DNA of 16,438 bases, the filler included, from an uncultured virus (IMG/VR IMGVR_UViG_2061766007_001334) (Duplodnaviria > Heunggongvirae > Uroviricota > Caudoviricetes). It is 4 parts of one record of this genome, joined end to end, with 100 filler letters (N's around TTAATTAATTAA, not from the genome) between each part and the next. Parts side by side here need not be neighbours in the genome. Positions count along the whole stretch, not along the records: positions 1 to 921 come from IMGVR_UViG_2061766007_001334; positions 1,022 to 1,301 come from IMGVR_UViG_2061766007_001334; positions 1,402 to 16,079 come from IMGVR_UViG_2061766007_001334; 1 more part is not named here. One strand, 5' to 3'. Below, one piece after another: positions 1 through 6,343 of the stretch. Below the pieces are notes generated by a model, which was given only the letters and a program-made list of their open reading frames with translations, made no database searches and was not told the DNA's origin. A program made the position numbers and the translations under genes. Numbering within the stretch: position 1 is the stretch's first letter; each line of letters starts with the position of its first letter.

Positions 1-14
1 GGCCCCCGGTCGTT

Positions 15-260
15 TTACAGGCAGGCATACGCAGCATCCGCCGCCTCGTCGCCGTACTGCTTCCTAATTTTCTCAAACATAACATCTGTGAGCAGATTCT
101 CCGCATTTATAGCGTAAATCCCCTTGTCGCGAGCGTCAATAAGCTCGTCAAATGCTACCGAAAAACTNNNNNNNNNNNNNNNNNNNNNNNNNNNNNNNNN
201 NNNNNNNNNNNNNNNNNNNNNNNNNNNNNNNNNNNNNNNNNNNNNNNNNNNNNNNNNNNT
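15..260 (-). CDS. Small hypothetical phage protein (~81 aa, N-terminal part in N gap)
   Basis: Manual translation gives ...SFSVAFDELIDARDKGIYAINAENLLTDVMFEKIRKQYGDEAADAAYACL* with stop at 15-17. The start is inferred at 260 from the shared TCACTAAA-N11-ATG leader at 261-279. Not in the ORF track. Confidence 0.6.
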   Translation of the reverse strand, partial: XXXXXXXXXXXXXXXXXXXXXXXXXXXXXXXSFSVAFDELIDARDKGIYAINAENLLTDVMFEKIRKQYGDEAADAAYACL

Positions 261-319
261 AAGTCGTAAAATTTAGTGAATTTGAAGCCGGGTAGCCGAT
301 CAAAGCACCCCGGCCAGAT

Positions 320-606
320 TTAGTTCTCGCAGACGGTTATGATACCGTCTTCGTCCTGTTCCAGATGCAGCCCCAGATACTCGAGNNNNNNNNNNGGTTG
401 CTTCTGCCGTTTTGATGTCCGCATCCGTCGGCATGGGATCGCCCGTTCTTTTCTGGACTACGATAAGCCCAGTACCTCCACCGCTTCTGCCGAGTGGCNN
501 NNNNNNNNNNNNNNNNNNNNNNNNNNNNNNNNNNNNNNNNNNNNNNNNNNNNNNNNNNNNNNNNNNNNNNNNNNNNNNNNNNNCTTGTGATAGGTTTTTC
601 TTCCAT
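320..606 (-). CDS. Small hypothetical phage protein (gapped)
   Basis: Starts MEEKPIT after the shared leader. After the gaps the plausible frame reads ...GLIVVQKRTGDPMPTDADIKTAEAT...LEYLGLHLEQDEDGIITVCEN* (stop 320-322), which differs from the ORF-track frame because gap lengths are approximate. Confidence 0.55.
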
Positions 607-667
607 AAGTCGTAGAATTTAGTGAAACGTGGTGAGCGGGGGTACGTTTCAGGATACCCCGCCCGGC
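607..667 (-). repeat. Dispersed intergenic repeat (GC hairpin + TCACTAAA leader); copies at 261-319, 9581-9640, 15493-15553, 15836-15876, 16267-16335
   Basis: On +, cat-aagtcgtagaa-tttagtgaaacgtggt...gcgg...ccgcccgg-cttaa at 604-670 is closely matched by cat-aagtcataaaa-tttagtgaaacgtggt...ccgcccgg...cttaa at 16264-16339. Confidence 0.8.
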
Positions 668-921
668 TTAATTCTTGAGTCCCTTCATAATTTTCACGAG
701 TCTTTCACAGGTTCTTTCGGCGTACCCGGGAACCTCTTTCCAGTAGCAGCGCCTGATACCCTGCCACCCGTCGTAATCCAGAAAGTTAAAATGCAGATCA
801 TACTTCTCGGAGTCCGGCCCGGCGACAAGGTTATACCCTCCCGTTTCCACATCCGCAAAGAATACCTGTTTTCTCGGATTGATGGCCATAGCCTGCTCCA
901 GAGCCGCTCGAATCTCTCCGA
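668..921 (-). CDS. Hypothetical phage protein, 5' end lost in gap/linker
   Basis: Frame is open from the gap (GEIRAALEQAMAINPRKQVFF...KIMKGLKN*) and is followed by the repeated hairpin-leader intergenic unit. Confidence 0.6.
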
Positions 922-965
922 NNNNNNNNNNNNNNNNNNNNNNNNNNNNNNNNNNNNNNNNNNNN

Positions 966-977
966 TTAATTAATTAA
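966..977. other. Artificial contig linker TTAATTAATTAA (also at 1346-1357 and 16124-16135)
   Basis: Identical 12-mer with stops in all six frames, flanked on both sides by ~44 Ns, occurring three times. Confidence 0.95.
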
Positions 978-1021
978 NNNNNNNNNNNNNNNNNNNNNNN
1001 NNNNNNNNNNNNNNNNNNNNN

Positions 1022-1301
1022 ACCAGAAAGAAAGCAATTTTGGACGGGGTTATATATGTGCCGGAGTCCTTGATTTTGATAAAAGCACCAGACAACTCCG
1101 ACCCATCCGAATTTTGCCCGATAGACCCGGCAAACAGATTGACACGATAGCCGCTTTTTTCCGCCGCTTGTATAGCCGTCAATATCTTTGCACCAGCCTC
1201 GACAATTTCGGATTTATCGACACACGAACTCGCCGCCATGTTATAAACCAGATCGACAACTTTGTTATTTGCCGTTTTTGTTCCTTTGCTGATCATGGAC
1301 A
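1022..1301 (-). CDS. Internal fragment of a VWA-like phage protein (type usually paired with a MoxR/CobS-like AAA+ ATPase)
   Basis: KVVDLVYNMAASSCVDKSEIVEAGAKILTAIQAAEKSGYRVNLF...FIKIKDSG...KIAFFL resembles phage VWA-like proteins (strand, degenerate MIDAS-like S-x-S, helix, GYRV strand). It lies on an isolated mini-contig between two linkers. Confidence 0.5.
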
Positions 1302-1401
1302 NNNNNNNNNNNNNNNNNNNNNNNNNNNNNNNNNNNNNNNNNNNNTTAATTAATTAANNNNNNNNNNNNNNNNNNNNNNNNNNNNNNNNNNNNNNNNNNN
1401 N

Positions 1402-1804
1402 CTATATTTTCATCGTTGATTCGACTATCATACATTTGCTTGAGCCGCGCCAATGGTGCTGACGGAAAGCACTCCTTTTCGTAACGCAATCTTGATTGTT
1501 CCTTGAATGGCCGAATAATTATTGAGCAAACATACACGTCGAGGGAATGGCCGTGCCAATGTCGAACAATCGCAGCATCCCATCTTCCGTAATCAGGGTT
1601 CCCCAATGTATAACGATTTCTAAACGAGCGATAGGGCTGGTACGAAAAGTAATCCATCTCATTCTTAATCAAATCGTCAACTATATCCGCAGGAATTGGG
1701 CGAATCGGTTTTGCCTTGAAGATGCGAACCGACGCACCATCCCGTGTTTCTACCTTATGCAACAACTCATAATTCCTTTCAACGAAACTTTTAATCGTGC
1801 TCAT
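1402..1804 (-). CDS. Hypothetical protein, 3' end truncated by gap
   Basis: ATG at 1804 (MSTIKSFVERNYELL...) lies just downstream of tRNA-Trp. The ORF-track N-terminal extension runs through the tRNA and is spurious. Confidence 0.65.
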
Positions 1805-1822
1805 ACTTGATAAAATTAACAT

Positions 1823-1896
1823 TGGCAAGAGTGGAGAGAATCGAACTCCCGACTGCGATTTTGGAGATCGCTGCGTTACCACTACGCCACACTCCC
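1823..1896 (-). tRNA. trnW: tRNA-Trp (CCA)
   Basis: Minus strand reads GGGAGTG TGGCGTAGTGGTAACGC A GCGAT CTCCAAA ATCGC AGTC GGGAG TTCGATT CTCTC CACTCTT G CCA: a cloverleaf with anticodon CCA and an encoded CCA end. Confidence 0.95.
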
Positions 1897-2120
1897 GAAA
1901 ATGCCGGTCTATTCCCGGCTGCCAGCGCTGGTCGGAATTGGGCTATGATATTAGCCGACACCCTTTAATCCGGCAGCGGGTTGTAAATCGAGCCAACCTT
2001 GAAAGCCCCCGAGGGCAACCCGCGCCATATTCCGGCCCTACCCAAGACGATGTACCGCGCCAGTACCTCCGCTAATAGTCGGCCCCTCGGCACAACAAAA
2101 CAATACAACTCGAAAAGCGT

Positions 2121-2273
2121 TTATTCTTTCGGTATTATCGAACTTTCGGACACAACGACGGACTTTTGGTTTTCCAGACGGACGATATAGCCCAACTTGT
2201 GAAAGCCGACTATTTCGCCGCTATGAACGCGAGAAGGGCCGTTCCAACTTACTATTTCTCCGACTTGATACAT
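2121..2273 (-). CDS. Small 50-aa protein, possibly an SH3/KOW-like beta barrel
   Basis: MYQVGEIVSWNGPSRVHSGEIVGFHKLGYIVRLENQKSVVVSESSIIPKE*. Overlaps the 3' end of the upstream gene and is below the ORF-track size cut-off. Confidence 0.65.
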   Translation of the reverse strand: MYQVGEIVSWNGPSRVHSGEIVGFHKLGYIVRLENQKSVVVSESSIIPKE

Positions 2274-2749
2274 TCCCTATCTATGTAGTCCATTGTTCGC
2301 AACATGGATTGTTTCACGAAACGCAACTCCGTAATCTGCGTATATTTCTTTATGAACGAATCCATATCAGCCCTTGCTTGCCTCAATAGGTCTTGATATG
2401 CCGTATCATCCACAATCGCCTCGGTAATCGGGATATACGATTGTGCGCTATTATTGCTCGTTTCGACGCAAACAAAAGCGCGGACGGAGGATTCCACCGA
2501 CTCGGCAATAACAACGCAAGTGATATTTCCTATCAGTTTCCGCGCCTGCTCTCTGCGCCATAATTCTGCGGCCTTCTCGTTATCCCATTGGAAACAACGA
2601 TGCAGTACCGCATTTTCATCCCGACTTTCGTCTATGACAATTTCGGGCTTCAGCACTCCGTTCTTTTGACGGATTCTATCCAGTTCCGCAGCGGCCTCGT
2701 CTGCGGTAACGCCCTTCCAGAGCGAAGGGTTGATAAACTTGTAACTCAT
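2252..2749 (-). CDS. Conserved-looking phage protein (165 aa) directly downstream of the pentamer array; candidate accessory gene
   Basis: MSYKFINPSLWKGVTADEAAAELDRIRQKNGVLKPEIVIDESRDENAVLHRCFQWDNEKAAELWRREQARKLI... The ATG at 2749 follows the last array pentamer. The ORF-track extension to 2923 is array sequence. Confidence 0.8.
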   Translation of the reverse strand: MSYKFINPSLWKGVTADEAAAELDRIRQKNGVLKPEIVIDESRDENAVLHRCFQWDNEKAAELWRREQARKLIGNITCVVIAESVESSVRAFVCVETSNNSAQSYIPITEAIVDDTAYQDLLRQARADMDSFIKKYTQITELRFVKQSMLRTMDYIDRECIKSEK

Positions 2750-3395
2750 AACCATTCGTTTCCCCACCTCACGATGGATTACCATTCTTTGCCTATCCTG
2801 CCTAACCCCTCCGAGCGCGGCCACACCGCACCGTGCCAGACCGTCCTGCCTCAACTGACCATTCGTGAACAAACAAGGCCAAGACACGCCATTCATCGCC
2901 TTTCCTGCGAAACCATGTAGCACAATACCATAACTCGCCGTTCCAATCCTGCGCAGCCAAACGAAACCACGGAAATCCTATCCGAACCAATCCGGCCACA
3001 CCAGACCAAAACGCACACAGCCCTTCATAGCCGTAACCCGCCGCTCCTGCCTCGCAAGGGCTTGCCTTATCACACCCAATAACGCCTTTCCTGCCCCTCC
3101 GTGTCCCACCCTTCCTTTCCTAACCCTAATGTAAGGAACCGATCCACTCCTGCCAGTCCACACACCACATGACACTAACACGCCCAACATCACATGACCA
3201 TACCGTTCCGGGCCTTTCCTGCCTCGCATTACGAAAACGCAACATACCGAATCAGGCATTGCTTATCTTTACCATTCCTGCCGCAACGTGCCGAACCAGA
3301 ACCTACCATAACAGGCCCATCCCTTCCGATCCGTTCCTGCCATGCCGGAAAGAACCAGAACTCGCGGCAACCCACCATTCCCTTCCTTTCCTGCG
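2750..3395 (-). ncRNA. Array of 12 GGH-NN pentamer-repeat units with GGCA/CGCA delimiters (putative guide-RNA array, VIPR-like)
   Basis: TCCTGC (TCCGGC once) recurs on + at 2796, 2844, 2903, 2947, 2991, 3045, 3089, 3148, 3217, 3276, 3335 and 3389. Spacings are 48, 59, 44, 44, 54, 44, 59, 69, 59, 59, 54, all 5n+4 except one. Minus-strand example: GGCA GGAAC GGATC GGAAG GGATG GGCCT GTTAT GGTAG GTTCT GGTTC GGCAC GTTGC GGCA. Confidence 0.8.
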
Positions 3396-3413
3396 ATACA
3401 TAGCCCCACCGAA

Positions 3414-3444
3414 AGGAAGGGAAGGGGCTTTCGCCCCAACCCTT
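3414..3444 (-). promoter_or_regulatory. GNRA-capped hairpin between the Cas7-like gene stop and the array (leader or processing structure)
   Basis: Minus strand AAGGG TT GGGGC GAAA GCCCC TT CCCTT forms a stem-loop with a GAAA tetraloop and no U-tract. Confidence 0.55.
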
Positions 3445-4037
3445 AATCCTCGATATTTGCTACACGGAACAGACCAAACGAGCCGGAATTGGCTTTCTCT
3501 GGCCTCCATTCGCCAATACCGCAAGAGAAACCAGCAGCGTTGACAAGTCCGAAAATATCCTCTTCCGAGAAGGTGTCTTCCAAGAACTGAACGGTCAAGA
3601 CCGCACTCCACGCTGGGAACTCCGCGCGATAACGAGGAGCGGCAACCTTGTTGATGGTTCCCACGCGAACCATATCCTCNNNNNNNNNNNNNNNNNNNNN
3701 NNNNNNNNNNNNNNNNNNNNNNNNNNNNNNNNNNNNNNNNNNNNNNNNNNNNNNNNNNNNNNNNNNNNNNNNNNNNNNNNNNNNNNNNNNNNNNNNNNNN
3801 NNNNNNNNNNNNNNNNNNNNNNNNNNNNTACTGTTCGCTCGGGTCTACGATATTCTTTTTCTTTCCGCCCTGCTTGAGTTTTGTGTCGGCCTTTCCGATT
3901 TCCTCTATCTGCTGCTTGGACTTTTCGTCGAAGCGGGAAACAATAAGGGGAGAAACACCAACAATGGGTATCTTAACTGTTTTTATATTGAGGGTTACTA
4001 TGATTTTCTTTTCCTCTTCTTTCTTCTTTGTAGCCAT
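3443..4037 (-). CDS. Cas7/RAMP-like phage protein (Vipr-like), ~200 aa, middle in N gap
   Basis: The N-terminus has IKTVKIPIVGVSPLIVSRF (RAMP first strand with a G-x-S-P-L motif). The C-terminus has RYRAEFPAWSAVLTVQF...GLVNAAGFSCGIGEWRPEKANSGSFGLFRV (Gly-rich G-loop ending FG-x-F). ORF-track ORFs 3303..4037 and 3443..3673 are two halves of one gene offset by the gap. Confidence 0.75.
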
Positions 4038-4048
4038 AATTTAGTGAT

Positions 4049-4366
4049 TTAATTAACGGTTTTATCGGCATTGCCGAGGACGGATAGCACTTTCTGCGAC
4101 TGGCGCTTCTGTGCCTCCAGAACGACGGACTCGAGCCAGCCCAAGTTCTGTTCGATGTTCTGCATCAGCCAATCGACGAAAACGGCTTTAAGCGCATCGC
4201 CGTCCCCGGTTACTACGCCTGCGGCCTCCGTGTGGCCGTCGTAGTCCTCTGCGATGAAGACCATAAGGCCGACTTCCGATCCGTTCTCTTTGTGCTTTTT
4301 GGAAAGGTCGAGAAGCTGCCACATAAGGACATCGGCCTCTTCGATGAATTTACTCTTGGCTTCCAT
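4049..4366 (-). CDS. Hypothetical protein (105 aa)
   Basis: MEAKSKFIEEADVLMWQLLDLSKKH...NADKTVN*. The start overlaps the end of the upstream gene. Confidence 0.7.
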   Translation of the reverse strand: MEAKSKFIEEADVLMWQLLDLSKKHKENGSEVGLMVFIAEDYDGHTEAAGVVTGDGDALKAVFVDWLMQNIEQNLGWLESVVLEAQKRQSQKVLSVLGNADKTVN

Positions 4367-4751
4367 CTTTTGCTTTCTCTGCCAGCTTCTCTGCCTCCGC
4401 CAATGCGCCGAGTTTCGTAAGATTCTTGGCGATTCCAGATGCGGCCACGCGAGCGGCGGCANNNNNNNNNNNNNNNNNNNNNNNCGAACACGCGAGTTCG
4501 CAAAGGGCGTGACGAATATCCCTTCCTGTACCGCAGCAAGCGGTAGTATTGACCTCCGCCTCTTGGTCGGTAGCGGCGATTGCGATTGCGACGGGTTTTC
4601 TTTCGCCTTCCTTCGGGTTGGCATACCGCTCTGCGATTTTGATGATGGCCTCGACATGGGGCTTAATCTCGGTCAAAAAAGCGCTTTTAGCTTCGACACC
4701 CCCCCCNNNNNNNNNNNNNNNNNNNNNNNNNNNNNNTTTCTTCCATGACAT
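4350..4751 (-). CDS. Hypothetical protein (~133 aa)
   Basis: ORF track MSWKK...EAKSAFLTEIKPHVEAIIKIAERY...; tight operon packing. It may be a distant paralog of the downstream gene (EAKSAF vs EAKSKF). Confidence 0.7.
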   Translation of the reverse strand: MSWKKXXXXXXXXXXGGGVEAKSAFLTEIKPHVEAIIKIAERYANPKEGERKPVAIAIAATDQEAEVNTTACCGTGRDIRHALCELACSXXXXXXXXAAARVAASGIAKNLTKLGALAEAEKLAEKAKDGSQE

Positions 4752-4758
4752 TTTGGTA

Positions 4759-5190
4759 TTAAAAGTTTGACATTACTTGCTCGAATTGCTGTTCAGTTAT
4801 CCGGCCATCGAGCATTGACCAGATAACGGATTTTACGGATTCATAAACCTTCTCAAACTCCGCCTCGTCCATCGAGCCGGATGACAGGGACTTCGGGATT
4901 TCCACGAACATCTGCAACCGTGGGTTGTAATAGACATCGTAGAACCCGGCTGCGACCGTGACATAGGCTCGGAATCCCTCCGTGGAGCGAAAGCCGTTCT
5001 GGGTGCGCTCGGGAAGCAGGGAATATCCAGCGTTGATCAGGGCGAAAAACTTTTTGTGGAAGCGATAGTTTCGCACCAGCTTGATTTCCGCCCTATACAC
5101 CTCGCCGAGTTTCAGCCGTTTCTTTTCGTCGTAGTCCTCATCGTAAAGGGGTACGAGGCCGTGCGGAGTGTTGAGTAGGTTCAGTTTCAT
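4759..5190 (-). CDS. DUF1367 family (YbcN/NinB-like) phage protein
   Basis: LVPLYDEDYDEKKRLKLGEVYRAEIKLVRNYRFHKKFFALIN...VTVAAGFYD...IPKSLSSGSMDEAEFEKVYE matches the RNxxFHKKFFAL and PKSISFxxMDExEF motifs of the family. Confidence 0.8.
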   Translation of the reverse strand: MKLNLLNTPHGLVPLYDEDYDEKKRLKLGEVYRAEIKLVRNYRFHKKFFALINAGYSLLPERTQNGFRSTEGFRAYVTVAAGFYDVYYNPRLQMFVEIPKSLSSGSMDEAEFEKVYESVKSVIWSMLDGRITEQQFEQVMSNF

Positions 5191-5199
5191 AGGTTAAGA

Positions 5200-5767
5200 T
5201 CAATCGAAGGGGAGATCCCCCGGGTAGTTAGCCGGGTCAAGCTGCTGGGCCATCGTCGGCTGCGGTGCGCCCTGCGGAGGCGTTGCGACCGCGCCATAGN
5301 NNNNNNNNNNNNNNNNNNNNNNNNNNNNGCCTTGCGGCATCTGCGGAGCACCCGGAGGCGGTGTCTGCTGCCCCTGCGGGTAATAGACTTGCGGGGCCGG
5401 GCCTTGCGCTACATGGGGCTGCCCGCCCTGCGGATAACCCTGCTGGGGATAAGGCTGCTGCACTTGTGNNNNNNNNNNNNNNNNNNNNNNNNNNNNNNNN
5501 NNNNNNNNNNNNNNNNNNNNNNNNNNNNNNNNNNNNNNNNNNNNNNNNNNNNNNNNNNNNNNNATCCCAACTGCGGGTGCGAATCTTGCCGCCTACATAA
5601 AGCTGACTGCCTTTCTTGGCATACTGATGTACGACATCAGCGAGTTTACCGCTGAACACGAGCGAATGCCATTCGGTCTGCTCGTGCCTTTGACCAGATT
5701 GGTCGGTGTAGGATTCATCGGTGGCGAGTGTCACATTGGCAATCTTGCCGCCGTTCTGGAAGGTCTT
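5200..5767 (-). CDS. ssb: Single-stranded DNA-binding protein (start in N gap)
   Basis: OB-fold motifs KIANVTLATDESYTDQSGQRHEQTEWHSLVFSGKLADVVHQYAKKGSQLYVGGKIRTRSW, a Q/P/G-rich linker and an acidic C-terminal tip GDLPFD. Confidence 0.92.
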
Positions 5768-5905
5768 NNNNNNNNNNNNNNNNNNNNNNNNNNNNNNNNN
5801 NNNNNNNNNNNNNNNNNNNNNNNNNNNNNNNNNNNNNNNNNNNNNNNNNNNNNNNNNNNNNNNNNNNNNNNNNNNNNNNNNNNNNNNNNNNNNNNNNNNN
5901 NNNNN

Positions 5906-6343
5906 CAGATCGGCTTTCTTCTGCTCGTCGTATTCGCGGGAAATGCGGTCGGTTAGTATGTATCGCTTCTCGCAAGTGTCCTTGTATTCCTTGACCAGAC
6001 GATCGTGCTCGCGGTTGTATTTCCGCACCGCATTCCGCAACGAATGGTCTTTGGCATACACATCGCCCCACCGGGAGTTATAGGCGCGTTTCAGTCCGTA
6101 TTTCTCGGCTATCTCGCGGAAGACGGGCTTATCTATGGTCATCAGGCCGGAACCGCTATCCGCGTTGTAGGTCTGGAAGATGATGAGTTCATACATATAG
6201 GTTCCCTCGTCATCCACGAACCTTGCGCGAATCTGGTAACGGGCGATGGCCCACGGCTGCTTCTTTTCCTCGAGGAAGGCGATGACCGACATTATGTCGC
6301 CATACGGCCAGCGGTTCTTGATGTTCTTACTGACCTTTGTCAT
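5906..6343 (-). CDS. Hypothetical protein (stop in N gap)
   Basis: MTKVSKNIKNRWPYGDIMSVIAFLEEKK...EQKKADL. The start overlaps the nuclease gene end. It appears fused to SSB only because of Ns in the ORF track. Confidence 0.7.

Noticed and set aside
966..977. Repeated palindrome TTAATTAATTAA (966, 1346, 16124) as a biological repeat or att site
   Set aside because: It is always embedded in symmetric N runs and stops all six frames, so it is an assembly linker. Adjacency across these points is not evidence of real synteny.
1805..1882. N-terminal extension of ORF 1346..1882
   Set aside because: It overlaps the tRNA-Trp gene; the real start is at 1804.
1823..1896. tRNA as a stop-codon suppressor or sign of genome recoding
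   Set aside because: The anticodon is the standard CCA, and genes end normally at TAA, TAG and TGA.
2750..3395. Array as a canonical CRISPR or simple microsatellite
   Set aside because: There is no 23-47 bp direct repeat; only a 6-7 nt delimiter recurs. The pentamers are not identical copies.
2802..3543. ORF-track ORFs over the array (2802..2999, 2978..3259, 3169..3543, 3194..3403, and the extensions of 2252..2923 and 3303..4037)
   Set aside because: Their G/R/V/W- or P/T/H-rich translations are by-products of the GG-periodic sequence. The period is 5, not 3.
5200..5468. Gln/Pro/Gly-rich repeats as a separate ORF or repeat element
   Set aside because: This is the ordinary disordered SSB linker ending in DLPF.
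5237..6343. Apparent 368-aa fusion of an unknown domain to SSB
   Set aside because: The join lies within a ~138-N gap that probably hides a stop and the SSB start.
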